A DNA stretch of 64,000 nucleotides from Raoultella sp. (GCA_039594335.1 JBCNNS010000007.1); one strand, 5' to 3'. Shown: positions 36,347 through 48,512, numbered from the stretch's first letter. The notes: a model not told the origin generated them from the sequence alone. Made by a program: numbers and translations.

Positions 36347-38577
36347 GATGATGTCCTGTGAGCCTGCCAGCGGGCTGCGGCCACGACCGCCTGACCAAAC
36401 GCGATGGCCCCATCTCCGGCAGGAAGCTGCTGCGGAAACAGCAGAGTAAAATCCGCCAGATAAAAGGTCAATCGTGAGACCAGCAGCCGGTTGTGCAACA
36501 CACCACCGCTGAAGGCCAGCGTAGTCATCCCGCGCGACGTCGCACAATCGCGCGCCATCTCAGCCACTCCGCAGGCCAGCGCATCGTGAAAGGCCCAGGC
36601 TTTTTGTTCGCGGCTCGCCCGCCATCCCAGCCACTGCGGCCAGAACGTAGCCAGATCCAGTTCGCCCGCCTGCCACGGCAGACGAACTGGATGCGTAACG
36701 CCATCGCAGGTGGTGGCCAACGCCTCCAGCCGGCAGGCCGCCTCACCTTCATAGCTTAGGCTGTCCGGCGCACAGCCCAGCGCACAGGCCACCGCATCGA
36801 ACAAACGCCCGCAGGATGACGCCTTCGGCGCATTCATTCTTCGCTCAATGGCGCGCGCCAGCAGCGGCCAGTTGTGCTGATGTAACGCCGCAGTTTGCGC
36901 ATCGCTTTGCCAGTCCTCAACGTAGGCCAGACAGTGGGCCAGCAGATTACGCCACGGCTGACGAGCCGCCAGATCGCCGCCGGGGAGCGCCACCGCCGGT
37001 AGTCCGCCCAGGCGTTCGCACTCCCGGTAGTTAACCCGCAGGCACTCGCCGCCCCACAGCGCACCGCTTTCCCCCATGCCGATGCCGTCGAGGACCACGG
37101 CAATCACCTCGCCGCCATCCAGCGGCCAGCCGTGTTCCGCGAGGCAAGCGGCGGCATGGGCATGATGATGCAGGACGCGTTCAACCGGCAGCGCCAACGA
37201 GTCTGCCCACTGCGTCGAACGGTAGCCGGGATGCGCGTCGCTTACCACCAGGCTGGGATTAAAGCCATAAACCGCCTGCATCAGACGCCGCGCCTGATTC
37301 CACTGCTGTTCCACGCCTTCATCGCCGAGATCGCCAAAGTGCTGACTCAGCACCGCCTGCTCCCCGCGCGCCAGACAAAAGGTATTTTTCATATCGGCGC
37401 CGAGGCACAGCAGCGGCGGCACGTCATGAAACCCCGGCGGCAACGGCATCGCGTCAGGCACATAGCCCCGCGAACGGCGTAGCATTTCACCACTTTGCCG
37501 TACTACTGAGTCATCCATCCGTTGCACGATGTCACGGTTGTGCAGCAAAAAGCCATCGGCGATCGCGGCCAAATCGCGTAGCGCATCGGCGTTAGCGATC
37601 GCCGGTGGCCGCCCGCTCAGATTGCCGGAGGTCATCACTAAAGGGCGCGCCAGCGCCTGCAAAACCAGATGCTGCAGCGGATTAGATGGCAGCATCACCC
37701 CCACTTCATTCAGTGCTGGCGCAATGTCGTCACACAGGCCATCGACCTGCGATTTCTCTATCAATACGATGGGTGCTGCGGGTGAAGTCAGTAATGCCTG
37801 CGCCTCTTCCGGCAAACTGTCCGCTGCCGGTAGCATCACCGCCAGCGGTTTTGTCGGACGATGTTTGCGCGTGCGTAACGCCGCGACCGCGCGCGGATGA
37901 CCGGCATCGCACACCAGATGAAAACCACCCACGCCCTTGATGGCTACAATTTTCCCGGCCTGCAGTTGGTGAATTGCCGCCTGCAATGCCGCCTCCCCTG
38001 CCAACGACTCACCTTCCGCGCGCCACTCCAGGTGCGGGCCGCAGTCGGTACAGGCTACCGGCTGAGCATGAAAACGTCGGTCGCCAGGGTGGCGATACTC
38101 GGCCTCGCAGCGCGGACAGAGGGGAAAAGGGGCCATCGTGGTAAAGGGGCGGTCATAGGGCATCGCGCGAATAATAGTGAAACGCGGCCCACAGTGCGTG
38201 CAGTTAATAAACGGGTAACGATAGCGGCGCTCCTGCGGATTGTTCATCTCCGCCAGGCATGCCGGGCAGGTGGCAGCATCGGGTACAATCTGGGTACGCA
38301 TACTTCCGCCGCCACTTTCACGGATGGCGAAATCCTGCGGTAGCGTACACCAGTGAAACGGCCGGGTTTCCACACTGTCGATACGCGCCAGCGGCGGACA
38401 GCAGCGAGTCAGCGCGGCGAGAAACGCCGCCTCATCTCCCAGTAGACGCACCCGTACGCCGTCGCCGTCGTTACATACGTCACCGCAGCGTGCTAACTGC
38501 TGCGCCAACTGCCAGACAAAGGGGCGGAAACCCACCCCCTGCACTTTACCGCGAATGCGAATCTGCACCCCGTTCAT
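36343..38577 (-). CDS. hypF: Carbamoyltransferase HypF ([NiFe]-hydrogenase maturation)
   Basis: 744 aa with an acylphosphatase N-terminus ([14 protein letters not shown]), two CxxC-x18-CxxC zinc fingers and YrdC/Kae1-like domains. Colinear with E. coli HypF. Confidence 0.96.
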   Translation of the reverse strand: MNGVQIRIRGKVQGVGFRPFVWQLAQQLARCGDVCNDGDGVRVRLLGDEAAFLAALTRCCPPLARIDSVETRPFHWCTLPQDFAIRESGGGSMRTQIVPDAATCPACLAEMNNPQERRYRYPFINCTHCGPRFTIIRAMPYDRPFTTMAPFPLCPRCEAEYRHPGDRRFHAQPVACTDCGPHLEWRAEGESLAGEAALQAAIHQLQAGKIVAIKGVGGFHLVCDAGHPRAVAALRTRKHRPTKPLAVMLPAADSLPEEAQALLTSPAAPIVLIEKSQVDGLCDDIAPALNEVGVMLPSNPLQHLVLQALARPLVMTSGNLSGRPPAIANADALRDLAAIADGFLLHNRDIVQRMDDSVVRQSGEMLRRSRGYVPDAMPLPPGFHDVPPLLCLGADMKNTFCLARGEQAVLSQHFGDLGDEGVEQQWNQARRLMQAVYGFNPSLVVSDAHPGYRSTQWADSLALPVERVLHHHAHAAACLAEHGWPLDGGEVIAVVLDGIGMGESGALWGGECLRVNYRECERLGGLPAVALPGGDLAARQPWRNLLAHCLAYVEDWQSDAQTAALHQHNWPLLARAIERRMNAPKASSCGRLFDAVACALGCAPDSLSYEGEAACRLEALATTCDGVTHPVRLPWQAGELDLATFWPQWLGWRASREQKAWAFHDALACGVAEMARDCATSRGMTTLAFSGGVLHNRLLVSRLTFYLADFTLLFPQQLPAGDGAIAFGQAVVAAARWQAHRTSS

Positions 38578-38589
38578 CGAGCCATCGCC

Positions 38590-39117
38590 TTACCAGGCCA
38601 GCGCCGTACGACGACGTTTTTCGATATTCATCTGCTCAAGCTTATTGCGATCCACGCAAATCAGCGCATGCGTCGGGCAGGCCCCTATACAGGCGGGGCC
38701 CTCTTCACGGTGATGGCAAAGATCGCATTTATTGGCTTCCGCTTTTTCCGCCATCACGTTCAGCCCGGCGCCGCTATGACGAATCACCGGACGCACGACC
38801 ACCTCCATGGCGCCGTACGGACAGGCCACCACACAGGTTTTGCAGCCGATGCAGCGCTCCTGCATCACGTGAATAAAGCCTTTATCCCGGGCGATCGCGC
38901 CGTTCGGACAGACGTTAGCGCACGGCGCGTCTTCACACTGACGACAGGCGGTCGCCGTCGAGACATTAACGCCTTTGATCACATGAATACGCGGTAAGAA
39001 GGATTTTGGCGTCAGCGCGGCGCAGTCCTGATTTTCCTGATGAGAGACCACGCAGGCCACTTCACAGGTGCGGCAGCCGATGCATTTGCTCGCGTCGGCA
39101 ATAATGAAACGGTTCAT
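38590..39117 (-). CDS. hydN: 4Fe-4S electron-transport protein HydN
   Basis: MNRFIIADASKCIGCRTCEVACVVSHQ… is colinear with the 175-aa E. coli HydN. Start trimmed to 39117. Confidence 0.94.
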   Translation of the reverse strand: MNRFIIADASKCIGCRTCEVACVVSHQENQDCAALTPKSFLPRIHVIKGVNVSTATACRQCEDAPCANVCPNGAIARDKGFIHVMQERCIGCKTCVVACPYGAMEVVVRPVIRHSGAGLNVMAEKAEANKCDLCHHREEGPACIGACPTHALICVDRNKLEQMNIEKRRRTALAW

Positions 39118-39154
39118 CCATTTCTCCAGCAGTAAGAAGGTTACGCGGCGGAGA

Positions 39155-39171
39155 ATGCATAATACGTTCCA
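39155..39171 (-). promoter_or_regulatory. Sigma-54 (-24/-12) promoter of hydN-hypF
   Basis: On the minus strand TGGAACGTATTATGCAT has GG and GC separated by 10 nt. It lies ~40 bp upstream of the hydN ATG. Confidence 0.6.
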
Positions 39172-39228
39172 AATTTTATGACACTGATAATAAAGGAAAT
39201 GAATGGTATAAAGGTGGGAAGCAGGTTC

Positions 39229-39254
39229 TGTCATCGTCATATCTGACGATGACA
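39229..39254. promoter_or_regulatory. FhlA-UAS-like inverted repeat upstream of hydN
   Basis: TGTCATCGTCA-TATC-TGACGATGACA is a perfect 11-bp inverted repeat ~80 bp upstream of the sigma-54 promoter. It shares the TGTC/GACA repeat family with the hyc/hyp control regions. Confidence 0.45.
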
Positions 39255-39264
39255 GATGACGACG

Positions 39265-40278
39265 TCAGGCAAACGGTCCCTGGGCAATCGAGTCACGTTC
39301 AAGCAGCTCGCCGGGGAAGGTTTGCTGATATTTTAAATCGCCGCCGTCGAGCATAAAGATCAGTCGGTTAATACTCTCCTTGATCATCTCCGTCACCGGT
39401 ATTTTAACGCTGGAGAGCGCCGGAACCATATACGGCGCCAGCACGATATCATCGAACCCGATGACCGAGACCTGTTGCGGAATCCGCACCCCCTGCTGAT
39501 GTAGCTGCTTCATCGCGCCAATCGCCATGTCGTCATTGCTTGCCACCAGCGCACTGTAACGGGCATCGCGCTGACGCAGCGTCTCTACGCCAGCCGCCCC
39601 GCTTTCCGGCGTCCACTTGCCCTCAACAATCAGGTCATTCTTCAGCGAAATCCCGTGTTTTGTCAGCGCATCTTTATAGCCGGAAAGACGTTCAATCCCG
39701 GTCGGCGAATCCAGCGAACCGGTGATAAACGCAATATCGCGATGGCCGCGGGTAATCAGTTTTTCGACCGCCGTAAACGCCGAGGCTTTTTGATCGGACC
39801 AGACACAGTGGCTGGCGTTGCGCCGCAGACGGCGGTTGAGCACCATAATTGGCTGCGGCTGGTTTTCCACGATCTCGTCCATTTCATCAACGCTGAGAAA
39901 ACGTGGATAGATGATGATGGCATCGCAGCGCAGATCGAGCAGGTACTGGATCGCCTCGCGCTCTTCTTCCGCGCTGTGCTTGCCGTCGGCCAGAATCAGC
40001 TGTCGTCCCTTATCTTCTGTCATCCGCGCAACGTGAAACAGCAACTCGCTAAAATAGACCCCGTGATAAAGGGTGTTGGTGACCACCAGCCCCAGCGTCT
40101 GGCTCTTTTTGGTGGCCAGGTTACGTGCCAACAGATTGGGCCGGTAACCGCTTTCCGCCACGGCCTGGAATACGCGATCTTTCGTTTCCTGGCTAACGTA
40201 GCCGTTGCCCGACAGTACCCGGGAAACGGTCGCCTTCGATACCCCCGCGCGTTTCGCCACCTCCAGCATCGTTGCCAT
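39265..40278 (-). CDS. ascG: LacI/GalR-family repressor AscG
   Basis: MATMLEVAKRAGVSKATVSRVLSGNGYVSQETKDRVFQAV… is colinear with E. coli AscG. Start trimmed to 40278. Confidence 0.93.
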   Translation of the reverse strand: MATMLEVAKRAGVSKATVSRVLSGNGYVSQETKDRVFQAVAESGYRPNLLARNLATKKSQTLGLVVTNTLYHGVYFSELLFHVARMTEDKGRQLILADGKHSAEEEREAIQYLLDLRCDAIIIYPRFLSVDEMDEIVENQPQPIMVLNRRLRRNASHCVWSDQKASAFTAVEKLITRGHRDIAFITGSLDSPTGIERLSGYKDALTKHGISLKNDLIVEGKWTPESGAAGVETLRQRDARYSALVASNDDMAIGAMKQLHQQGVRIPQQVSVIGFDDIVLAPYMVPALSSVKIPVTEMIKESINRLIFMLDGGDLKYQQTFPGELLERDSIAQGPFA

Positions 40279-40453
40279 GTTGTTCTTCCTGTTGCAAAAG
40301 ATGCCCGCAGTGTACTGCACACCTCGTCGTTTTACAGCTTTGACGCACGCGCGGCGCAGATTCTTTTTCGCCTCACATGGCGATCAAAATCACAAAACGG
40401 AAAAATGATTTTTTTATCTCTTGTGAGATCAAATGAAACTCATCATGATTTTG

Positions 40454-40467
40454 TGGAACCGGTTTCC
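40454..40467. promoter_or_regulatory. LacI-family operator-like palindrome (candidate AscG operator)
   Basis: TGGAACCGGTTTCC fits TGnAAnCGnTTnCA. It lies ~80 bp upstream of ascF, next to a TATATA -10-like hexamer. Confidence 0.45.
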
Positions 40468-40544
40468 TATATATCCCTGATAGCGCACGATCCTCAGGTG
40501 CGATAACTAGCCAGTACCCTATTGATTAAACAGGATAAAATCCG

Positions 40545-41987
40545 ATGTCTAAAAATTACGCAGCCCTGGCGAAGCAAATTGTGACGGCAACAGGCGGGGC
40601 GGATAACATCACAGCAGTCACCCATTGTATGACCCGTCTGCGTTTTGTGGTCAAAGATGACGCACGGGTGGACAGTACCGCGCTGAAAAGCCTGAAGGGT
40701 GTACTTGGTGTGGTGCGTAGCGGCAACCAGTGCCAGGTCATCATCGGCAATACGGTATCGCAGGCGTTTCGCGAAGTGGTCAACCTGCTGCCGGACGATA
40801 TGCGCCCCGCGGAACCTCAGGGTAAACCGCCGCTGACGTTAAAACGTATCGGCGCCGGGATCCTCGATGCGCTGATCGGCACCATGTCGCCGTTGATCCC
40901 TGCCATCATCGGCGGATCGATGGTCAAACTGCTGGCGATGATCCTCGAGATGAGCGGCGTCTTGCCTAAAGGTTCGCCCACGCTGACCATTTTGACCGTT
41001 ATCGGCGACGGCGCCTTTTTCTTCCTGCCTCTGATGGTCGCCGCCTCTGCGGCGGTAAAATTCAAAACCAATATGTCGCTGGCGATTGCCATTGCCGGGG
41101 TACTGGTCCATCCGAGCTTTATTGAGCTAATGGCGAAAGCGGCACAGGGTGAACACGTCGAATTCGCCTTTATTCCGGTGATGGCGGTGAAATACACCTA
41201 TACCGTTATTCCGGCGCTGGTGATGACCTGGTGCCTGTCATATATCGAGCGCTGGGTCGATCGCATTACTCCGGCGGTGACGAAAAACTTCCTCAAGCCG
41301 ATGCTGATCGTGCTGATTGCCGCTCCGCTGGCGATTCTGTTGATAGGCCCGCTCGGGATCTGGATCGGCAGCGCCATCTCCGCGTTGGTGTACACCATTC
41401 ATAGCTATCTGGGCTGGCTGTCAGTGGCCATTATGGGCGCCCTGTGGCCGCTGCTGGTGATGACCGGGATGCACCGCGTTTTCACCCCGACCATTATTCA
41501 GACCATTGCGGAAACCGGTAAAGAAGGGATGGTAATGCCGTCAGAAATCGGCGCCAACCTGTCGCTGGGCGGCTCATCACTGGCGGTAGCCTGGAAAACC
41601 AAAAATCCGGAACTGCGCCAGACCGCGCTGGCAGCCGCGGCCTCCGCCATTCTGGCCGGTATCTCCGAACCCGCGCTCTATGGCGTCGCGGTGCGCCTCA
41701 AACGTCCGCTGATCGCCAGCCTGATCAGCGGTTTTATCTGCGGCGCGGTGGCCGGTATCGCCGGGCTTGCCAGCCACTCGATGGCGGCGCCGGGCCTGTT
41801 CACCAGCGTCCAGTTTTTCGACCCGGCGAATCCGATGACCATCGTCTGGGTCTTCGGCGTGATGGCGCTGGCAGTTGTGCTCTCCTTCGTGTTGACGCTG
41901 CTGCTCGGCTTTGAAGATATCCCGGTGGAAGAGGCCGCTGCCGATGCCAGAGCGCGCCAGACCACGACCCGACCATCACACGTCTGA
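40545..41987 (+). CDS. ascF: PTS beta-glucoside (arbutin/cellobiose/salicin) EIIBC
   Basis: 480 aa with the EIIB Cys motif ITAVTHCMTRLRF followed by a polytopic EIIC. In synteny. Confidence 0.93.
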   Translation: MSKNYAALAKQIVTATGGADNITAVTHCMTRLRFVVKDDARVDSTALKSLKGVLGVVRSGNQCQVIIGNTVSQAFREVVNLLPDDMRPAEPQGKPPLTLKRIGAGILDALIGTMSPLIPAIIGGSMVKLLAMILEMSGVLPKGSPTLTILTVIGDGAFFFLPLMVAASAAVKFKTNMSLAIAIAGVLVHPSFIELMAKAAQGEHVEFAFIPVMAVKYTYTVIPALVMTWCLSYIERWVDRITPAVTKNFLKPMLIVLIAAPLAILLIGPLGIWIGSAISALVYTIHSYLGWLSVAIMGALWPLLVMTGMHRVFTPTIIQTIAETGKEGMVMPSEIGANLSLGGSSLAVAWKTKNPELRQTALAAAASAILAGISEPALYGVAVRLKRPLIASLISGFICGAVAGIAGLASHSMAAPGLFTSVQFFDPANPMTIVWVFGVMALAVVLSFVLTLLLGFEDIPVEEAAADARARQTTTRPSHV

Positions 41988-42012
41988 ATACGATTTTTTG
42001 AAAACGAGGTAA

Positions 42013-43440
<1,428 letters not shown>

Positions 43441-43447
43441 AGTGTGT

Positions 43448-43660
43448 ATTGCCGGGCGGCGCGATGCTTAGCAGGGCTACGAATCGCGCGGCTTGTAGTC
43501 TTGTCGCCCGGCTAAGCGTCAGCAACCGTAGGCCCGGGTAGCTTGTAGCCCGGTACGGCGCAAGCCACAGCCCGGCGGTTTTCCCTGCTGGTGCGATGCT
43601 TAGCAGGGCTACGAGTCGTGCAGCTTGTAGTCTTGTCGCCCGGCTAAGCGTCAGCGCAAG
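43448..43660. repeat. REP/BIME cluster with a 63-bp direct repeat
   Basis: GCGATGCTTAGCAGGGCTACGA(A/G)TCG(C/T)GC(G/A)GCTTGTAGTCTTGTCGCCCGGCTAAGCGTCAGC occurs at 43461-43523 and 43593-43655 (60/63 identical), plus other REP-like palindromes. The second copy overlaps the hycI 3' end. Confidence 0.7.
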
Positions 43661-44142
43661 CCGGGGAATGCGGACTCTTCGGCCGCCTCCAGCGGCGCAA
43701 ATCCGCCCGTCCCCTGCCAGCCGTTAAGCTTGTTATACACCGCTTCGACCGCATCCTTAATCTGCTGGGTCATCGGGTAATAAAAGCCGACGATATCCGG
43801 CTGAATCCCGAGAAAAATCACTTCACCAACATCCTCTTGCAACTGATCGATCAGATAATTGAGCGGCATATTGTGGGTGGTCATCATCGACATTTCGGCG
43901 ATATCATCCGGGTCGACCATACGAATTTCGCCGGGGTTGAGCCCCATATCGGTGGCATCAACGATCAGCAGGCGCTCAGGACGCAGTTCGCGAATGGCGA
44001 CGATGTCATTTTCCGGGGCGCTGCCGCCGTCAATAACAACCCATTCGCCGACCGGTTTGGCGGCGCACATCTCAGCCAGCAGCGGGCCTGCACCGTCGTC
44101 ACCCATCAGGCTATTGCCGACACAGAGTAAAACGTCAGTCAC
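43651..44142 (-). CDS. hycI: Hydrogenase 3 maturation endopeptidase
   Basis: [24 protein letters not shown]… is colinear with E. coli HycI. The C-terminus is 7 aa longer. Confidence 0.95.
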   Translation of the reverse strand: MTDVLLCVGNSLMGDDGAGPLLAEMCAAKPVGEWVVIDGGSAPENDIVAIRELRPERLLIVDATDMGLNPGEIRMVDPDDIAEMSMMTTHNMPLNYLIDQLQEDVGEVIFLGIQPDIVGFYYPMTQQIKDAVEAVYNKLNGWQGTGGFAPLEAAEESAFPGLR

Positions 44143-44545
44143 GGAGTCTCCTCACCATCAGGTAGATGGCGCTTTCCTGGTGAATATCATGCAGCATGTT
44201 AAGCATGGTTTTGCTCCACACCTGCTGTTCGGGGGTCTGCCGGGCCTGCGCTTTATCGAAGGCGTTGGCAAGCATCGCGACATGATTGCTGTCGATCACT
44301 ATCTCGCCGTACTTCGGCACACCTTCCATTTTACGCCGCGCGATACTGCCCTCTTCGAGAGTGGCAATCCACGCCAGATAATTTTCCCACGGGCAGCTCA
44401 GCGCCGCCTCCAGGCAGTCGATGACCCCGAGGTGGTGGCCAATCGCCAGGCTGTAATAGACCACCTGCTGCGCCGGGGCCGGTGTGGCGTCATTCTCATC
44501 AATAAATTTACGGCTCAGTTGACTGAACACCACCATCTCACTCAT
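44135..44545 (-). CDS. hycH: Formate hydrogenlyase maturation protein HycH
   Basis: 136 aa in operon position. Confidence 0.93.
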   Translation of the reverse strand: MSEMVVFSQLSRKFIDENDATPAPAQQVVYYSLAIGHHLGVIDCLEAALSCPWENYLAWIATLEEGSIARRKMEGVPKYGEIVIDSNHVAMLANAFDKAQARQTPEQQVWSKTMLNMLHDIHQESAIYLMVRRLRD

Positions 44546-45309
44546 CGGATACGCGCCCCTTCGACCACCTGGTTCAGGTGGGTGACGATCTCGGTCAGAC
44601 GCGGATCTTTTTCCGCCTCCAGCCAGCGCACCACCTGGCTATCCCCCTGCGCCAGCAGGCGCATATAGTCATCGGCAATCTGACGCCCATAGCGGTAACC
44701 CGCCAGGCGACGCGCTTCGCGGTCGATCCGCACACGCAGCGGCTGCACCATGCCGGGGTGGAGAATTTCCGCCGCTTTATCATCCTGCTCGCTCGGTAGA
44801 CGGGCGTGAATCTTCTGTTCCAGCAGACCCAGCGCCATCGCAAAGCCGTATAGCGTGGCGGCAGGAGTCGGCGGGCAGCCCGGAATATAGACGTCCACCG
44901 GGACAATTTTGTCGGTTCCGCCCCACACGCAGTAAAGGTCGTGGAAAATACCGCCGCTGTTGCCGCAGGCGCCGTAGGAGATGCAGATTTTCGGATCCGG
45001 CGCCGACTGCCAGGCACGCAGCGCTGGCGAACGCATGGCACGCGTCACCGCCCCGGTAAACAGCAGAATATCGGCATGGCGCGGCGAAGGAACCACTTTG
45101 ATCCCAAAGCGCTCGGCATCAAACAGCGGCGACAGGGTGGCGAAAATCTCAATTTCGCAGCCGTTGCAACCGCCGCAGTCCACGCGATAAACATAGGCGG
45201 AACGCTTAATTTTCTTCAGCAGCGATGCCTTCATGCTGGCGATGGATTCCTCCACCGTCATCGGCACCGGGATGCCGTTTTCATCGCGCGGGCCCAGTAA
45301 ATTGCTCAT
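44542..45309 (-). CDS. hycG: Hydrogenase 3 small subunit (NuoB-like)
   Basis: 255 aa with [10 protein letters not shown] and GCPP Fe-S motifs. Confidence 0.95.
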   Translation of the reverse strand: MSNLLGPRDENGIPVPMTVEESIASMKASLLKKIKRSAYVYRVDCGGCNGCEIEIFATLSPLFDAERFGIKVVPSPRHADILLFTGAVTRAMRSPALRAWQSAPDPKICISYGACGNSGGIFHDLYCVWGGTDKIVPVDVYIPGCPPTPAATLYGFAMALGLLEQKIHARLPSEQDDKAAEILHPGMVQPLRVRIDREARRLAGYRYGRQIADDYMRLLAQGDSQVVRWLEAEKDPRLTEIVTHLNQVVEGARIR

Positions 45310-45851
45310 CAGCTGGCCTCTCTCATATGGCGAGTCAGTTCAATACGGTCGGACGGCACCAGGCACTTCTGGCGTTTACACTCCGGGCAGGTCTCAAAGC
45401 TTTCACGATGCAGCTCGGCGCGAGTATCGCCGTTGTGCCCGAGCAGCGCGATAGCGTAGTCGATCTCTTTTTGTACGGCGAACGGGCGTTCGCACACCCG
45501 GCAGTGGCAGATGGCAAAACGCGACTGCTGGAGGAAATCCTCTTTCTTCCACACCGCCAGCTCATACGCCTGCGATAGCTTGATGGCCGCTGTCGGGCAC
45601 ACCTCTTCGCAGCGACCGCAGAAGATGCAGCGCCCGAGGTCGAACTGCCAGGCAAGCTCGCGTGTCACCAGGTCCGTCTCCACCGTCAGCGCGTTCGACG
45701 GGCAGGCGTTCACACAGGCCGCGCAGCCGATACACTGCTGCGGCGTATGTTCCGGTTTGCCGCGAAAGTTTTTATCTACCGGCATCGGCTCCAGCGGGTA
45801 GGCGTGCGTCGCGGTGCCGGTTTTGATCACTTTTTTGATAAAGGTAAACAT
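45309..45851 (-). CDS. hycF: Formate hydrogenlyase 2x[4Fe-4S] subunit
   Basis: 180 aa with two CxxCxxCxxxCP motifs. Confidence 0.95.
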   Translation of the reverse strand: MFTFIKKVIKTGTATHAYPLEPMPVDKNFRGKPEHTPQQCIGCAACVNACPSNALTVETDLVTRELAWQFDLGRCIFCGRCEEVCPTAAIKLSQAYELAVWKKEDFLQQSRFAICHCRVCERPFAVQKEIDYAIALLGHNGDTRAELHRESFETCPECKRQKCLVPSDRIELTRHMREAS

Positions 45852-45860
45852 AGCGATTCC

Positions 45861-47576
45861 TTATTTCAGCGGCGAGTTTTTACGCTCGATGCTGTAGCGC
45901 TCCAGCTCTTTGTACGGCACCACTTTGCTTTTTTTCTTCCGTACATCGACCACGGTCATGCGGTCCGTACAGGAGTAACAAGGATCGAGGCTGCCGATAA
46001 TCAGCGGCGCGTCGGACACGGTGTTGCCGCGCAGCATATAGCGCAGAGTCGGCCAGTTGGCGTAGGTGGCCGCACGGCAGCGCCAGCGGTACAGTTTCTG
46101 GTTGTCACCGGTCATGCTCCAGTGGATATCATCCCCGCGCGGCGCCTCCGAGAAGCCCAGCGCAAAGCGGTGCGGAATATAGGCGAAACCTTCCACCGCC
46201 AGCGGGCCGCCCGGCAGGTTATCGAGGCCAAAGTCAATCATATTCAGCGCGGTATACACCTCGTTGATACGCACCTTCAGGCGCGAAATAACGTCGCAGC
46301 CCTGTTCGCTGTGAACCGTCATCGGCAGCAGACCGTAACCGACAAACGGGTGGTCGGCACGGGTGTCGCGAGCGTGGCCGCTGGCGCGGACCATCGGACC
46401 GACGTTGCTGAAGTCGCGGGCGATTTGCGGGTCAAGACGACCGATACCAACGGTACGCTGTTCCATATTCGGCGTGCTGAGCAGCATATCCACCAGCTCC
46501 TGCACATCGCGGCGCATCTGCTGCGCCAGCGTTCTGGTCTGGATCATGTCCTCTTTCAACAGATCGCGACGGATGCCGCCAATCAGATTCATACCGTAGG
46601 TTTTACGCGCCCCGGTGAGAATCTCCGCCATCTTCATTGACGTCTCACGCACGCGGAAGAACTGCATAAACCCGGAGTCAAAACCGGTGAAATGGCAGGC
46701 AAGGCCGAGGTTCAGCAAATGCGAGTGCAGGCGTTCCACCTCCAGCAGAATGGCGCGGATCATCTGCGCGCGTTCCGGTACCACGATGCCCATCGCATTC
46801 TCAACGGAGGTGGTATAGGCCGTACTGTGGGCGAAGCCGCAGATACCGCACACCCTGTCCGACAGGAAGGTCACTTCGTTATAACCCATGCGGGTTTCCG
46901 CCAGCTTTTCCATACCACGGTGGACATAGAACAGTCGGTAATCGGCGTCGATAATATTCTCGCCGTCAACGAACAGGCGGAAATGGCCGGGTTCATCGGA
47001 AGTGACATGCAGCGGGCCAATCGGCACCACGTTGTTTTTCTTACTGCCCAGCTCGTTGATAAACTCGTAGGTCTCCGCATCGGTGGTCGGCGCCGGGCGC
47101 TGACGATAATCCATGCTGTCTTTACGCAGCGGATAGAGTTCATCCGGCCAGTCGTCCGGCAGCACCAGGCGGCGCTCATCCGGTAGCCCCACCGGGATCA
47201 GACCGTACATATCACGCACTTCACGCTCGCCCCAGACGGCGGCAGGCACGCGCGGCGTCACCGACGGATATTCCGGTTTGTCGGCATCCACTTCGACGCG
47301 CACGGTTACCCAGCACCGGGTCCCCTGCTCCATCGACAGCACGTAATACACGGCATAGTGGCCATTCAGCTTACGTTCGTCGTTGCCGAACAGCACCGAC
47401 AGCCAGCCTCCCTGCTGGTAGTACAGGAACTCGACCACTTCCGACAGATAGTTAACCTTCACCGTGACCGTCAACTGGTCTTTGGTCTGCCAGGCCTCGT
47501 CCAGCACCACGCCCGGGAAGGCCTGATGTAGCGCAGCAAGATAGTGTTGACCGATTTTTTCTTCAGACATGTTCAA
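45861..47576 (-). CDS. hycE: Hydrogenase 3 large subunit
   Basis: 571 aa with the N-terminal RVCGICGFAH and C-terminal DPCYSCTDR [NiFe] ligand motifs. Confidence 0.97.
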   Translation of the reverse strand: MNMSEEKIGQHYLAALHQAFPGVVLDEAWQTKDQLTVTVKVNYLSEVVEFLYYQQGGWLSVLFGNDERKLNGHYAVYYVLSMEQGTRCWVTVRVEVDADKPEYPSVTPRVPAAVWGEREVRDMYGLIPVGLPDERRLVLPDDWPDELYPLRKDSMDYRQRPAPTTDAETYEFINELGSKKNNVVPIGPLHVTSDEPGHFRLFVDGENIIDADYRLFYVHRGMEKLAETRMGYNEVTFLSDRVCGICGFAHSTAYTTSVENAMGIVVPERAQMIRAILLEVERLHSHLLNLGLACHFTGFDSGFMQFFRVRETSMKMAEILTGARKTYGMNLIGGIRRDLLKEDMIQTRTLAQQMRRDVQELVDMLLSTPNMEQRTVGIGRLDPQIARDFSNVGPMVRASGHARDTRADHPFVGYGLLPMTVHSEQGCDVISRLKVRINEVYTALNMIDFGLDNLPGGPLAVEGFAYIPHRFALGFSEAPRGDDIHWSMTGDNQKLYRWRCRAATYANWPTLRYMLRGNTVSDAPLIIGSLDPCYSCTDRMTVVDVRKKKSKVVPYKELERYSIERKNSPLK

Positions 47577-47586
47577 ACTCTCTTAA

Positions 47587-48510
47587 TCACGCCGCCAGCA
47601 AGGAGACGAAAGCTAAAAACGCAAAGCCAAAACCGGCCCAGGTCACGCGGGAAGTGGCACAAAAACGCAGACGCGCCATGCTGTTTTCAAACAGCGCGAT
47701 AATCAGCACGCCGACCACCAGTTTGACAATGGCGGCAACCAGCGCCAGCAGCAGGCCACCGAGGCTAAAACGGGTCATCTCTCCCCACGGAATAAAGACG
47801 CCGACGAACATCTGCAGCACCACCAGTTGCTTAAGGCTGATGCCCCATTTCAGTACCGCAAATCCGCTGCCGCTGTATTCGGTCAGCGGCCCTTCTTGCA
47901 GTTCCTGCTCCGCTTCCGCCAGGTCGAACGGCAGCTTGCCCATTTCGATAAAGGTGGCAAACGCACAGGCGCACAGTGCCAGGACCAGCGGTAGCGAGTG
48001 GGCTGCGGGCCAGTGATAAATGGTATCGGTGATGCTGCTGATATGGGTGGAACCGGCGACCTGCGCCGTCACCCACAGGCCAAGCAGCAAAATCGGCTCC
48101 ACCAGCACGCCAAGCATCGCTTCGCGGCTGCTGCCCAGTGCGGTAAAGGGACTGCCGGTGTCCAGACCGGCGATAGCAAAGAAGAAGCGGGCGATAGCAA
48201 AGAGATAAATCAGCGTGATCAGGTCGCCCAGCCCTGCCATCGGCGAATCGACGGTGACTACCGGCAGCGCGCTGGCAATGGTCAGCATGACACCCACCAT
48301 CACATACGGCGTCAGGCGGAATACCCAGCCGGAGGCGTCCGGGCCGACGCTCTGGCGACCCAGCAGTTTCAGAATATCCCGGTACTCCTGCAGCACTCCC
48401 GGTCCGCGACGGTTGTGCAGGCGCGCGCGAGCCACGCGGGTGATCCCGGACAACAGCGGCGCGGCGGCAAACAGTACCAGCGCCTGCAATAGTGCAATTA
48501 AAACGCTCAT
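47587..48510 (-). CDS. hycD: Formate hydrogenlyase membrane subunit (NuoH-like)
   Basis: MSVLIALLQALVLFAAAPLLSGITRVARARLHNRRGPG… is colinear with the 307-aa E. coli HycD. Start trimmed to 48510. Confidence 0.95.
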   Translation of the reverse strand: MSVLIALLQALVLFAAAPLLSGITRVARARLHNRRGPGVLQEYRDILKLLGRQSVGPDASGWVFRLTPYVMVGVMLTIASALPVVTVDSPMAGLGDLITLIYLFAIARFFFAIAGLDTGSPFTALGSSREAMLGVLVEPILLLGLWVTAQVAGSTHISSITDTIYHWPAAHSLPLVLALCACAFATFIEMGKLPFDLAEAEQELQEGPLTEYSGSGFAVLKWGISLKQLVVLQMFVGVFIPWGEMTRFSLGGLLLALVAAIVKLVVGVLIIALFENSMARLRFCATSRVTWAGFGFAFLAFVSLLAA

Positions 48511-48512
48511 TA

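Noticed and set aside
36347-36547. N-terminal 67-aa extension of the NiCoT ORF (ORF-track start 36547)
   Set aside because: The extension overlaps the hypF coding sequence and is not hydrophobic or NiCoT-like. The ATG at 36346 with an AGGA RBS begins the first TM helix.
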